A stretch of DNA of 64,000 nt from assembly GCA_964445355.1 (NCBI GenBank), contig CAYUKQ010000004.1, positions 1,028 through 65,027 of the forward strand, given 5' to 3'. The notes beneath the pieces were generated by a model that worked only from the letters and a program-made list of their open reading frames with translations, made no database searches and had not been told where the DNA came from. The position numbers were made by a program, and so were the translations under genes. Source of the DNA: an uncultured Gammaproteobacteria bacterium (lineage in GTDB: Bacteria; Patescibacteriota; Microgenomatia; CAYQLK01). The stretch's first letter is position 1; each line of letters opens with the position of its first letter. Positions 8,358-19,186 of this stretch are shown in pieces.

Positions 8358-10601
8358 ATGAACAAAATTGGATCTCCACAAAAAAAAACTCAACAAAAGC
8401 AAAGGAGACTACACAAAAGTGTTTCTGAAAAAGTCGGATTTGGAATCTTGTGGATTTTTTTTCCCCCTAAAGACAGAGTACTAAGAGGAACACTGTTTAG
8501 GATATCAACATTTGTTTTTTTGGTTCTGGTAGGGGTGTTTTGGTTCATTACAAAAGACTTACCTACAAAAAATCTTGGTGATAGAGATATTGACTTGACT
8601 ACAAAAATTTACGACCGTAACGGCAAGCTTCTTTATAATATATATGCGGACAAAAATAGAACTTTGCTTCCGTTCGATCAAATCCCGCAATATATTAAAG
8701 ATGCTTCAATTGCCATTGAGGATAAAGATTTTTATAAACACAAGGGATTTGATATTTTGGGAGTAATTAGAGCTTCGATGGCGATTGCTTTTAAACAAGA
8801 ACTTCAGGGTGGTTCGACGATTACTCAACAACTCGTTAAAACTGCGTTTCTTACACCAGAAAGAAATCTGACAAGAAAAATTAAGGAGTTGTATTTAGCC
8901 TATCAGGTGGAAAGTAAGTTCAGCAAAAACCAAATCTTAGAAATGTATCTTAATGAAGTGCCGTATGGAGGAACCGCATATGGCATTGAAGCGGCGAGTC
9001 AAACATATTTTGGCAAAAGGGTAACCGAGTTAAACCTTGCCGAGTCGGCACTGATCGCTGGGTTGCCGCAAAGTCCGACAACCTACTCACCTTTTGGAAA
9101 TAATCCTAAGCTAGCAAAACAAAGACAATCCGAAGTCTTAAGGAGAATGCTTGAAGAAAAATTTATCACTCAACAGGAACACGACCAAGCCATATCAGAG
9201 GTGCTTGTCTTTGCCCAGCCAAATATAGATATTAAGGCTCCACATTTTGTCCTCTTCATCAAGGATCAATTGGCACAAAAGTATGGAGAAAAATTGGTTG
9301 AACAGGGTGGATTAAAAGTTACTACCACTCTTGATTTGGATATACAGGAAATGGCTCAGAATACCGTTACTACTGAAGTTGCCAAACTAAAAAACTACAA
9401 TGTTGGTAATGGTGCGGCAATGGTAACCGATCCAAAAACAGGAGAAATTCTTGCTATGGTTGGATCGAGAGATTATTTTGACACCGCAAATGATGGAAAT
9501 GTTAATGTTACAACCTCACTGCGACAACCCGGGTCATCAATTAAACCAATAAATTATGCTGGTGGATTAATGAACGGCCTAACGGCGGGGACAATTATTG
9601 TTGATGGACCTGTTACTTTTAAAGGCAGCCCCCCTTATACACCAAAAAACTACGATGGAAAATTTCATGGAGCAGTTACCTTAAGAAAATCATTAGCTAA
9701 TTCTTATAATATTCCTGCTGTTAAGGTACTCGCTTATAATACTGTGCCATTTATGTTGGAACTGGCACAAAAAATGGGTATTTCAACTTTTGGAGACCCG
9801 TCTAGATATGGTTTGTCTTTAACCCTTGGGGGCGGTGAAGTAAAAATGATTGACATGACGACAGCATTTAGCGCCTTTGCTAATAAAGGTATTACCCACG
9901 AAGCGTATGGAATAATCAAAGTTGAAGATAAGGACGGAAAAGTACTAGAAGAACATAAAAATGATGAGGGAAAGCGAGCAATTCCTGAAGAAATTGCCTT
10001 TATTATTTCTCATATTTTGGCTGATAATCAGGCCCGAGCGGATGCATTTGGCACAAATAGTCAGCTTTATATACCAGGCAAGGTTGTCTCAGTCAAAACA
10101 GGGACGACAGATGATATTAGAGATAACTGGACGATTGGATATACACCATCATATTTGACGGCAGTGTGGGTTGGAAATAACGACAATAAACCATTAAACA
10201 GATCACTAACTTCCGGAGTTACAGGAGCCGCACCAATTTGGAATAAGATAATGAAAAATCTTTTGAAGAACAAAGAAATTGAAAATCTTGTTGCGCCCGA
10301 TAATGTGGTATCAAGAGCGACATGCGTGGGTCCAGGTGAGAAAAAAGATGATGGTACTGTGAGCTGTAAATCACAAATAGAATTTTATGTAAAAGGAACA
10401 GAGCCGAAAAACGAAGATTCCAAATTTGTAAAGGGCGATGTGTGGTTCGACCCAAAAACGAGAAAAATTGTTGCACCAGGAACAGCTGAGGCAGTTGAAA
10501 AAAAGGACGCAGTTGTTGTTACCGACTTTTATCAGCCTGGAGAAGGATATTGTGTAAACTGTATTGAAGAGGAAAAACCTGAAGATCAGGTTCAAAACTA
10601 A
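8358..10601 (+). CDS. Class A penicillin-binding protein (PBP1A family)
   Basis: Transglycosylase EDKDFYKH, GGSTITQQ, RKIKE; transpeptidase SSIK, SYN, KTG. Confidence 0.95.
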   Translation: MNKIGSPQKKTQQKQRRLHKSVSEKVGFGILWIFFPPKDRVLRGTLFRISTFVFLVLVGVFWFITKDLPTKNLGDRDIDLTTKIYDRNGKLLYNIYADKNRTLLPFDQIPQYIKDASIAIEDKDFYKHKGFDILGVIRASMAIAFKQELQGGSTITQQLVKTAFLTPERNLTRKIKELYLAYQVESKFSKNQILEMYLNEVPYGGTAYGIEAASQTYFGKRVTELNLAESALIAGLPQSPTTYSPFGNNPKLAKQRQSEVLRRMLEEKFITQQEHDQAISEVLVFAQPNIDIKAPHFVLFIKDQLAQKYGEKLVEQGGLKVTTTLDLDIQEMAQNTVTTEVAKLKNYNVGNGAAMVTDPKTGEILAMVGSRDYFDTANDGNVNVTTSLRQPGSSIKPINYAGGLMNGLTAGTIIVDGPVTFKGSPPYTPKNYDGKFHGAVTLRKSLANSYNIPAVKVLAYNTVPFMLELAQKMGISTFGDPSRYGLSLTLGGGEVKMIDMTTAFSAFANKGITHEAYGIIKVEDKDGKVLEEHKNDEGKRAIPEEIAFIISHILADNQARADAFGTNSQLYIPGKVVSVKTGTTDDIRDNWTIGYTPSYLTAVWVGNNDNKPLNRSLTSGVTGAAPIWNKIMKNLLKNKEIENLVAPDNVVSRATCVGPGEKKDDGTVSCKSQIEFYVKGTEPKNEDSKFVKGDVWFDPKTRKIVAPGTAEAVEKKDAVVVTDFYQPGEGYCVNCIEEEKPEDQVQN

Positions 10602-10603
10602 GA

Positions 10604-12007
10604 ATGAATAAAAAATATTATCTGACTACGGCGATTTCTTATGCGAATGGATCGCCACATATTGGCCATATAACTGAGGCTGTAATAGCTGATGTTATTA
10701 CACGTTTTCGAACCAAATATCTTGATCAAAAAGTTTACTTTTTAACGGGAACTGATGAACATGGAGTAAAAATTAAGGAGGCCGCTGAAAAGTCTGGGGA
10801 AAAATATAAAGACTTTGTTGATCGGATTTCTGGTGAATTTAAGGTTGCTTGGGATAGCATGGATATTGATTATTCAAGATTTATCCGGACAACAGATGAG
10901 GATCACGAAGCTAGAGTCATTGATTTTTACAATAAGCTTTATGGAAATAATTACATCGACAAAAGGCAGTATTCTGGACTTTATTGTGTGGGATGTGAGA
11001 AGTTTTATTCTGAAGACGAATTAGTCGAAGGATTGTGTCCTGATCACCAAAAACCTCCGATAAACTACAAAGAAGAAAATTATTTTTTCAAACTGAGTAA
11101 TTTTGAAAAAAAATTAATTACAGAAATAGAGTCGGACAAAATTAGAATTTTGCCGGAAACGAAAAAAAATGAGATCTTGGGAAAATTACGGAAAGGATTA
11201 GAAGACATATCCGTCTCAAGAAATCTTGATTGGGGAATCAAACTTCCATTTGATGACAGTCAAGTTGCTTATGTTTGGGTTGATGCTCTCGTTAACTACC
11301 TTACTTATGGTGAAGCTGAAAATATTTGGCCGGCTGATCTGCATATTATTGGCAAGGATATTTTATGGTTTCATACAGTTATTTGGCCGTCCTTACTGTG
11401 GGCAGCAGGATACGAAGCACCTAGAGGGGTCTATGCTCACGGGTTTTTTACGATTGACGGCAAAAAAATATCAAAATCAATTGGAAATGTAATTACTCCA
11501 TCAGAAATGATCGAAAAACTTGGATCTAGTGACGCTGCCAGGTTTATTTTACTTTCTTCGTTTAGCTTAAAAAATGATGGAGACTTCTCTTGGGAGAAAA
11601 TTTATGACAAATATAACAAGGTTCTGGCTAACGGATTAGGTAATTTTGCTTCAAGACTCGCAAAGCTTGCTTCGGATGCGGAGATTGATTCAATTGAAGA
11701 GCAGAGGCCGGATGAAATTTCAATCAAGAGACTAACGAAACTGATCGAGGATCAGGATATATTTGCGTATTGTGAATATTTAGAACAATTGGTGACAGAA
11801 ATTAATATCGAATTTGATCAAAAATCCCCGTGGAAAAAACAAGGTGAAGAAAAAAAAGAGATACTGACTGAAATAATTAAGAAGTATTTACAAATTGTTG
11901 ATTTGTTCAGTCCACTATTGCCGAATAAGGCAGAAATAATCAAAAGGGCTTTTGTTCAAACGAAAATTAAACCGATTTCTGAGCCCGTTTTTTTAAGAAT
12001 TCAATAA
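10604..12007 (+). CDS. metG: Methionyl-tRNA synthetase (short form)
   Basis: HIGH, GTDEHG, CxxC knuckle, YVWVDAL, GKDI, KISKS. Confidence 0.95.
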   Translation: MNKKYYLTTAISYANGSPHIGHITEAVIADVITRFRTKYLDQKVYFLTGTDEHGVKIKEAAEKSGEKYKDFVDRISGEFKVAWDSMDIDYSRFIRTTDEDHEARVIDFYNKLYGNNYIDKRQYSGLYCVGCEKFYSEDELVEGLCPDHQKPPINYKEENYFFKLSNFEKKLITEIESDKIRILPETKKNEILGKLRKGLEDISVSRNLDWGIKLPFDDSQVAYVWVDALVNYLTYGEAENIWPADLHIIGKDILWFHTVIWPSLLWAAGYEAPRGVYAHGFFTIDGKKISKSIGNVITPSEMIEKLGSSDAARFILLSSFSLKNDGDFSWEKIYDKYNKVLANGLGNFASRLAKLASDAEIDSIEEQRPDEISIKRLTKLIEDQDIFAYCEYLEQLVTEINIEFDQKSPWKKQGEEKKEILTEIIKKYLQIVDLFSPLLPNKAEIIKRAFVQTKIKPISEPVFLRIQ

Positions 12008-12013
12008 TAGGAA

Positions 12014-12805
12014 GTGTTAATCGATACTCACGCACACCCCGAACAAGCCGATTTTGATAATGATAGAGACAAGGTTATAAAAGATTGTTTTGATAATAAT
12101 CTAGAGGCCATTATTGCGGTTGGAACAACGATCGAAGATTCGGAAAAGACAATTGAATTATCAAACAAATACACCAGAATTTTTCCGACTGTGGGAATGC
12201 ACCCGAACGACGCGGAAATAGAATTAAAGTCAGACTATCAGGAGCGCTTTGAAAGTTTGGTAAGTAAAAACCGAAATAAAATTGTTGCAATTGGCGAGTG
12301 CGGGTTGGATATTTATATAACTAATGACAAAAAAACGGACCCTAACAGTATTAAGGCACAGATAGAGTTATTTGAGTTCCAACTAGCGATTGCGGAAAAA
12401 CACCAGCTCCCGGTAATAATTCATTGTCGTAATGGCTGGAGTGAAATATTTAAGATACTAGATAAATATCGTTTGGTTGGTGGCGTTTTTCATTGCTGGA
12501 CTGGTGGAGTCAATGAGCTGAATGAGGCACAAAAAAGAGGGTTTTTTGTTGCGTTTGGTGGAATATTGACATTTAAAAACGCGGGGGAGGTTTTGGAATC
12601 TGCGAAAATTGCCAATCTTGAACAGGTGGTTTTGGAAACTGATAGCCCATTTTTAGCTCCGGAGGGATTGAGAGGAAGCAGAAATGAACCTAAAAATGTT
12701 AGAATTGTGGCCGAGTTCTTGGCTAAAGTAAGAGGGCTCGAAATAGGTTATATTGAAGATGTAACCAGTCGAAACGCAAAAAGGTTGTTTGGATTAAATA
12801 TATGA
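12014..12805 (+). CDS. tatD: TatD family DNase
   Basis: DTHAH, GMHP, IGECGLD, IHCR, FHC, LETDSP; follows metG as is common. Confidence 0.93.
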   Translation: MLIDTHAHPEQADFDNDRDKVIKDCFDNNLEAIIAVGTTIEDSEKTIELSNKYTRIFPTVGMHPNDAEIELKSDYQERFESLVSKNRNKIVAIGECGLDIYITNDKKTDPNSIKAQIELFEFQLAIAEKHQLPVIIHCRNGWSEIFKILDKYRLVGGVFHCWTGGVNELNEAQKRGFFVAFGGILTFKNAGEVLESAKIANLEQVVLETDSPFLAPEGLRGSRNEPKNVRIVAEFLAKVRGLEIGYIEDVTSRNAKRLFGLNI

Positions 12806-14301
12806 TTGGAGAATTAATTGCGAATTTTGTCAAAAAGAACGACAAGGCAGTACACAGATCACTGGAGATTTTGCCCGGGGCTTTTAGCTGGACATTAATT
12901 TTATTTCCACTTTGGGGATCATTTTGGGTTCCCCATTATGTTGCCTATTTTGTAATATTGTTCGATATTTTTTGGTTTTATAAATCAGGCACTCTAGCAG
13001 TGACAGTGGTACTTTCGCATATAAAAATTCGTGCAGCCGAGCGATATTCTTGGATGACTGATTTGAAAAAACTTCCGGATTGGAAAAAAATTCATCACGT
13101 AGTAATTATTCCAACATACAAAGAGCCTGAATACACTCTTGAAAGAGGGCTAGATTCAATAGCCGAACAAGACTTGGGACCAAAACATATTACTATTGTG
13201 CTTGCGATGGAAGATCGGGAAAAGGGTGCTTACGAAAAAGGAAATAAGCTCAAGAAAAAATATCAGGGTGTGTTTGCTAATTTTTTTATAACCATACACC
13301 CAGACATTGACGGTGAGGTAAAAGGAAAATCATCTAATGAGGCGTGGGCAGGAAGATGGGTTAAAAAAGAATTAGTCGACAGGCAGGGTATGGACATCGA
13401 ATATATTACGGTAACAAGTAAAGATGCGGATGCAATCATGCATAAAAAATACTACTCGTGTTTAAGCTATAAATTCTTGACTAATAAAGATAGACATTAT
13501 CGATTCTGGCAAGCAGCGATAATGTTTTATTCGAATATTTGGAGAATTCCTGCACCAATTAGAGTGGTTAATACTTTTTGTACTCTGTGGCAGACAGCGC
13601 AATTAATGAGGAAAGATCGAATAATAAATTATTCAACCTATTCTCTTTCGATGAAAATGCTTGATGAGGTTGATTACTGGGATGTTGATGTAATTCCAGA
13701 GGACTACAGACTGTTTTTTAAGGCTTATTTTAGTTTGAATGGAAAAGTAGAAGTCGAACCAATTTTTTTGGGAGTCCACGCAGATGCGGCTGAAGCTAGT
13801 GGATATGTAAGCACAATGGTGAATCAATACGAACAAATGAAGCGCTGGGCATGGGGTGCATCTGATGATGCATATATTATTAAAAACTGGCTGATTAACC
13901 ACCAAATTCCATTCTGGACCAGAACAATGAGGGTAATAAAGGTGCTCGAGGACCATTTTTTGTGGCCTGTTAATTGGTTCGTAATTACACTGGGCGCAAA
14001 TATTCCACTACTTTTAAACCCAGAATTTTCTCAAACTGTTTTAGGAACAAACTTGCCAAAAATTACGTTCGGATTACTAACACTTGCCTGGGTATTTCTC
14101 TTTGTTATGATTGCCGTTGATTTGAGACAAAGACCAAAATCTGATAGACCGATTTCGCCAATAAAAAGGATATTGATGCCTTTGGAATTTATTTTAATGC
14201 CAGTAACCGGTTTGTTTTTTTCGGCGCTTCCTGGACTTGATGCACACACCAGGCTTATGCTTGGTAAATATATAGAATATAGAGTCACAGAGAAAGTCTA
14301 G
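12802..14301 (+). CDS. Membrane GT2-family glycosyltransferase
   Basis: IPTYKE, GKSSN, DAD, IPED, QMKRWAWG (QxxRW) with flanking TMs. Confidence 0.85.
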   Translation: MIGELIANFVKKNDKAVHRSLEILPGAFSWTLILFPLWGSFWVPHYVAYFVILFDIFWFYKSGTLAVTVVLSHIKIRAAERYSWMTDLKKLPDWKKIHHVVIIPTYKEPEYTLERGLDSIAEQDLGPKHITIVLAMEDREKGAYEKGNKLKKKYQGVFANFFITIHPDIDGEVKGKSSNEAWAGRWVKKELVDRQGMDIEYITVTSKDADAIMHKKYYSCLSYKFLTNKDRHYRFWQAAIMFYSNIWRIPAPIRVVNTFCTLWQTAQLMRKDRIINYSTYSLSMKMLDEVDYWDVDVIPEDYRLFFKAYFSLNGKVEVEPIFLGVHADAAEASGYVSTMVNQYEQMKRWAWGASDDAYIIKNWLINHQIPFWTRTMRVIKVLEDHFLWPVNWFVITLGANIPLLLNPEFSQTVLGTNLPKITFGLLTLAWVFLFVMIAVDLRQRPKSDRPISPIKRILMPLEFILMPVTGLFFSALPGLDAHTRLMLGKYIEYRVTEKV

Positions 14302-14354
14302 TTTTTAGGTGTTATATTTAATTAAGAACCTAAAATTCTGTCCGTTTTAGTCAA

Positions 14355-15845
14355 ATGATTAAGCAAAAAAGTTTAACACTTAAGATTGAAATTATCCTAG
14401 TATTTGCCTTGGCGTTAGTGTTTATATTGCGAATTCCTTCATTATTTGAGCCGTTCTGGTACGGTGATGAGGGAATTTTTGCGGCTGTGGGTCATGGAAT
14501 GAATAAGGGTCAGATGCTTTATTCACAAACTTGGGATAACAAACCTCCAATGATCTATATTTATTACAGTTTGATCTTTAGGCTTTTTGGAGAATCGATG
14601 TTTTGGTTGAGACTGGTTACTGCCGTCTGGGTAACACTAACATCGCTTGTTGTCTTTGACATAGTCAGAAGGTTGTGGAGTGACAGAAGGGGTATTTTGG
14701 CGGTATTAGTTTTCGGGATTCTTGCTTCTTTACCAGTAATTGAGGGTAATCTCGCGCTTACAGAAATATTGATGCTACTCCCAACATCAATCGCATTTTG
14801 GTTGATACTTTTGAAGAATAAAGGGTTATTTAAGAATTTTGACGATGTATTTGTTTATTTAACAGCCGGGGCGTTGTTGTGCATTGCGTTTCTTTTTAAA
14901 CAAATGGCTGTGTTTGATGCGGTGGCAGCGGGAATAATAGTTTTGACCATGCAAGAGAAACCAATAAAGCGCGCAACGAGCTTAGTTGTCGGATTCTTGG
15001 GTGTATTTATTGTGGTTGGGTCATATTTTCTGCTAAGAGGAACGTTGGGAGATTTTATTTTTGCCGCCTACACTTATTATTTTATTTATTTGTCTGAAGG
15101 CCCGGGATTGCCGAAGTATTTTATTGTATTTAAAATTCTTCCTGCAGCAATTGCTACCGGTTTTGTCTTCTATCAATTTTTCAAACATAGAAAAATTACG
15201 CTTACCTTGGCAATGTTGATGTGGATATGTTTTGCACTGCTTGGGAGTATTTTTTCCGGAAGGCCCTACGGACATTATCTGGTACAAATGATCCTTCCAA
15301 TTACTCTTTTTTTAGTGTCGCTTACTCGCTGGCAGAAGATGAAAATTTTTGACTTGAGTGTTTCTCTAATAATACTTGCCTCTGGGTTGTATGTGTTAAA
15401 CAAAGCTTTTGGGTTGAACAATTTTCAGGGGGATGTATTAAGAACTAGCTATTATCGTAATTTTATTGATTTTGCTTTAGGTGAAAAGAATTATCGGCAA
15501 TATAGTGATAGTTTTGACCATAATGCGTATAAGCTTAAGAGTGTCTCAGAATATTTGATCGCAAAAGGATCTGCTGACCAATACATATATATTTGGGGGG
15601 ATTATTCTTGGGCTTATGTTCTATCGGATGCAAAGGAATCAAGTAGATATATTACGTCATTCCATGTGCGCGGACTACCAAACGGTGCAGATGAAGTTAT
15701 TAATAGTCTGACAAAAAATAAACCGAAATTTATTGTAAAAACTCCAAACGCTATAGGTGATTTTACTGAACTTGATGAATTCATTGATAAATATAATTAC
15801 CGCTTAATAAACACAGTTGAAGGTTCGGAAATATTTGCTATTTAA
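14355..15845 (+). CDS. GT-C fold glycosyltransferase (ArnT/PMT-like)
   Basis: YGDEG, WDNKPP in first external loop, multiple TMs, soluble C-terminal domain. Confidence 0.8.
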   Translation: MIKQKSLTLKIEIILVFALALVFILRIPSLFEPFWYGDEGIFAAVGHGMNKGQMLYSQTWDNKPPMIYIYYSLIFRLFGESMFWLRLVTAVWVTLTSLVVFDIVRRLWSDRRGILAVLVFGILASLPVIEGNLALTEILMLLPTSIAFWLILLKNKGLFKNFDDVFVYLTAGALLCIAFLFKQMAVFDAVAAGIIVLTMQEKPIKRATSLVVGFLGVFIVVGSYFLLRGTLGDFIFAAYTYYFIYLSEGPGLPKYFIVFKILPAAIATGFVFYQFFKHRKITLTLAMLMWICFALLGSIFSGRPYGHYLVQMILPITLFLVSLTRWQKMKIFDLSVSLIILASGLYVLNKAFGLNNFQGDVLRTSYYRNFIDFALGEKNYRQYSDSFDHNAYKLKSVSEYLIAKGSADQYIYIWGDYSWAYVLSDAKESSRYITSFHVRGLPNGADEVINSLTKNKPKFIVKTPNAIGDFTELDEFIDKYNYRLINTVEGSEIFAI

Positions 15846-15880
15846 GGTTTTTGCTTTAGAATCTATAGGACTATATTTAA

Positions 15881-16288
15881 ATGAAAAAGAAAGAAAAGTT
15901 TGTTCCCAAAAAAAAACACTTCCGACTTAGGGACGTTAGACAGGAATGGGACGAGGTCGATGCGGATAAAATAACTAAGATGGTTTTTATGCTATCGGCT
16001 GCTATATATATAGTGACTTTAGGTTATTTCTTATACAACCGTAAACTACTTCCTCCAGAATTACCGATTTTTTATTCAAAACCATGGGGACAAGAGAGGC
16101 TTGCGCCCTCCGATGCAATATGGATTCCAGTACTGATTGGAATGGCGCTACTGATAATTAATGGTTTTTTGTCTTTAAAAATATTTAGTAAAGAAAAATT
16201 TTTGCAAAAGATATTAGCATGGACCAACCTGGCTACCACGACACTGATTTCTGTAACATTAATTAAAATCATGAGGCTATTTGTATAA
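15881..16288 (+). CDS. Membrane protein (DUF1648-like)
   Basis: LPPELPIFYSKPWG motif between TMs. Confidence 0.65.
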   Translation: MKKKEKFVPKKKHFRLRDVRQEWDEVDADKITKMVFMLSAAIYIVTLGYFLYNRKLLPPELPIFYSKPWGQERLAPSDAIWIPVLIGMALLIINGFLSLKIFSKEKFLQKILAWTNLATTTLISVTLIKIMRLFV

Positions 16289-16290
16289 AA

Positions 16291-17370
16291 ATGTTTGATT
16301 TTATATATTCACCGGTATTCCTAGGCTTTTTATTTGCTTTTTCTATCACACTTGTGACTACACCACTGATAATTAAACTGGCTTTAAGATATGGGTTTGT
16401 TGATGACCCTAAAAAACATAAACATCCTGCAATTCTTCATAAAAAAATTATTCCTAGAGCTGGCGGGCTAGCTATTGGGGTTGGAATAATCCTTTCAATA
16501 CTATTGTTTGTACCAATAAACAAGCAGGTTGTTGGAATAATTATCGGAAGTGTAGTTGCTGTGATTGTCGGGGTATTAGACGATAAGTACGATCTAAACC
16601 CTTACTTAAGATTTTTTAGTAATTTCTTAATTGCCGCGGTGGTTGTACTATCAGGAATTGGAATTTCGTTTGTAACCAACCCATTTGGCGGAGTCATACG
16701 TTTGGATGAATTTATTATTAGATTTAATTTTTTTGGTCCTCACTCGATTGTATTGCTAGCTGATATATTTGCTGTATTTTGGATTGTTTGGGTGATGAAT
16801 ATGTTGAACTGGTCAAAAGGAGTAGACGGACAGTTGGCTGGAATTGCTGCGGTTGGGTTTGTGGTTTTGGGAATCGTTAGCCTTAGGTTTGCAGAAAATG
16901 ACCAATCACAAATTATTGTGGCTGGGTTGGCATTTGTGGCAGCAGGAGCATCGCTGGGATTTTTGCCGTTTAATTGGCACCCAGCGAAAATATTTCCTGG
17001 ATATTCCTCGACCATACTCGGTTTTTTGATTGCTGTCTTGTCGATTATGTCAGGTGCCAAGGTTGCAATCGCGATACTGGCCATGGCAGTTCCACTGCTT
17101 GACGGACTGTTTACTATATTTAGGCGACTACTTATTAAAAAATCTCCATTTTGGGGTGATAAAAAACATTTACATCACCACTTAATGAGACTAGGATGGG
17201 GGCATAGGAAAATTTCTTTGTTTTACTGGTCGGTTTGTGCTATTTTAGGCATAGTAGCGCTGACCACTAGCGGGACCGGAAAGTTGTTTGCTGGATTATT
17301 AGTGTTTTGCATAATAATGGCATCGATTTTGTGGATTAATTTGATTATTTGGTCAAAAGATGATTTGTAA
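16291..17370 (+). CDS. Polyprenyl-phosphate GlcNAc-1-phosphate transferase (WecA/TagO, MraY family)
   Basis: IPRAGG, GVLDD, NWSKGVDG, FNWHPAKIF, DKKHLHHHL. Confidence 0.9.
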   Translation: MFDFIYSPVFLGFLFAFSITLVTTPLIIKLALRYGFVDDPKKHKHPAILHKKIIPRAGGLAIGVGIILSILLFVPINKQVVGIIIGSVVAVIVGVLDDKYDLNPYLRFFSNFLIAAVVVLSGIGISFVTNPFGGVIRLDEFIIRFNFFGPHSIVLLADIFAVFWIVWVMNMLNWSKGVDGQLAGIAAVGFVVLGIVSLRFAENDQSQIIVAGLAFVAAGASLGFLPFNWHPAKIFPGYSSTILGFLIAVLSIMSGAKVAIAILAMAVPLLDGLFTIFRRLLIKKSPFWGDKKHLHHHLMRLGWGHRKISLFYWSVCAILGIVALTTSGTGKLFAGLLVFCIIMASILWINLIIWSKDDL

Positions 17371-17377
17371 TTAATTT

Positions 17378-18310
17378 ATGTTGTTGGCAATTTTTAAATC
17401 AGTAAGACCGAGACAGTGGTTAAAAAATTTAGCTCTTTTTGCTCCGATATTATTTGAGGGAACTTTGTTTTCAGAAGGAAACATATTACGACTAATTTAC
17501 GCTTTTGTTGTATTTTGTGTTTTAACATCATCCATTTACTTACTCAATGATATTGTTGATGTTGAGCACGACAGACAGCACCCATTTAAGAAATTCCGTC
17601 CGATTGCCAGTGGCAAACTTTCAGTACTAAACGCCTGGATTATTTTAACTTTAGGAATAATTTTTGTGTTGGTTTTTGGGTATATTTTGTCTCCTTATTT
17701 TTTGATAGCTTGTTTACTTTATCTTGCTTTGCAGTTTGCCTATACATTTTATTTGAAACACGTAATTTTATTGGATGTAATGGCAATAGCAGCTGGTTTT
17801 TTACTAAGAGTTTATGCCGGGGCGTTAACAGTAGAGTCACATGTGACGGTATGGTTTTTGTTGGCAGTTCTTTGTTTGTCTTTATTTTTAGCAATTGGTA
17901 AACGAAGATCGGAAAGAACTTTGCTTCTGGGTTCTAAAAAAATAGAGGACGTAAGAAAAACCTTAAAAGGATATCCAAATAGTTTATTGGATGGACTTAC
18001 TATTATGTTTGCCACGGCTACATGGCTATCGTATGCAATGTTTACTTTTTTACAACCACCAGTTTCCGGAGAAGCTAAAGCGACTTTACTTTTTTTGGGT
18101 AACTATTTACCAGAGACACTTACTAATACTTCAAAATGGTTAATGATCACTATTCCGTTTGTTATTTATGGAGTTATGAGATATTTGTATATTATTTATG
18201 AAAAAAAGGAGGGTGAATCCCCGGAGCGCGTAATTCTGTCGGATAAGCCTATTTTAGCGACTGTGGTAATGTGGATTTTGACTTTGCTAGTGATAATTTA
18301 CGCGATCTAA
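17378..18310 (+). CDS. UbiA-family polyprenyl-phosphate phosphoribosyltransferase (DPPR synthase-like)
   Basis: RPRQWLKN, YLLNDIVDVEHDRQHPFKKFRPIASG, LRVYAG, GKRRSE, ESPE. Confidence 0.88.
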   Translation: MLLAIFKSVRPRQWLKNLALFAPILFEGTLFSEGNILRLIYAFVVFCVLTSSIYLLNDIVDVEHDRQHPFKKFRPIASGKLSVLNAWIILTLGIIFVLVFGYILSPYFLIACLLYLALQFAYTFYLKHVILLDVMAIAAGFLLRVYAGALTVESHVTVWFLLAVLCLSLFLAIGKRRSERTLLLGSKKIEDVRKTLKGYPNSLLDGLTIMFATATWLSYAMFTFLQPPVSGEAKATLLFLGNYLPETLTNTSKWLMITIPFVIYGVMRYLYIIYEKKEGESPERVILSDKPILATVVMWILTLLVIIYAI

Positions 18311-19068
18311 AGACCTTGGACGTACTCGCTCGAAACCCAACCAGTAGTAAGCTCATCGATTTTAATCTGAACAAAGTTGTTATTTAGGTCTAATACTTCA
18401 AACTGCTGTCCAGGTGATACTTGAGATATTTCTGGTGAGTTAATGTCTGGATTTAATCGTACTCTCAAAAAACCAGTCGGACTATCTTTGATAATGATTT
18501 TAGGTAATTCAACTTTTTTTACGTCGTCAACTACTGATAATTGAAAGTTGGCTACAACAGTGTAATTTTGTTGGACATGTACCCTAACTGAGCGCTCGAT
18601 AAAACCATCCTTTTTGACGGAAATCCGATGATCACCCAAAGACAGATTGTCAACGTTTAGCGGACTGTTACCTTTAAAATCTCCATCTACAAAAACATGA
18701 GCCCCTGAAGGTAATGTAATAACCTTTAATCCGTTTTTTCCACTAATTAGACTAACAGTTTCACCTTGAGTTTTTTGTTCAATAGACGAAAGCTGACGAT
18801 TAATAACCGTAAGGGTGTTTGGTAATAATCTTATTTCTTCTGAATATGCACCAGAGTTGGATTGTATTTTGATTTGATATGTCTGATTCGAATCAAGCTG
18901 ATCAGAAAAAAATGGGGTTTGGCCAAAATCGGTTCCATTAATAATTATCTTGGCCTGAGGGTCGCTGGTAATTTGGAGCGACGATTTACTACCAGCTACC
19001 GAGTTACAACCAGTGATAAGCAAAAAAAATGGTAATAGAAAAAAACTGAAATTAATTTTGTAACGCAT
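18307..19068 (-). CDS. PEGA-domain + SH3b putative lipoprotein
   Basis: Lipobox ITGC; two PEGA repeats (SDPQAKIIING...GQTP; LPSGAHVFVDG...GNSP); C-terminal LRVR...GWVSSEYV. Confidence 0.82.
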   Translation of the reverse strand: MRYKINFSFFLLPFFLLITGCNSVAGSKSSLQITSDPQAKIIINGTDFGQTPFFSDQLDSNQTYQIKIQSNSGAYSEEIRLLPNTLTVINRQLSSIEQKTQGETVSLISGKNGLKVITLPSGAHVFVDGDFKGNSPLNVDNLSLGDHRISVKKDGFIERSVRVHVQQNYTVVANFQLSVVDDVKKVELPKIIIKDSPTGFLRVRLNPDINSPEISQVSPGQQFEVLDLNNNFVQIKIDELTTGWVSSEYVQGL

Positions 19069-19121
19069 GGAAAGTTCGGAATGATTTTACCTAAAAATTA
19101 ATAATTTTGTCAGTCTTAGAA

Positions 19122-19150
19122 TTGACATTTTCTCATTATTGTGATATTAT
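19122..19150 (+). promoter_or_regulatory. Sigma70 promoter for M23 gene
   Basis: TTGACA-17 nt-TATTAT with extended TG; SD AGGAGG at 19174-19179. Confidence 0.65.
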
Positions 19151-19186
19151 AGGTCACTTAAATCTCCATTTTTAGGAGGTTTTATT

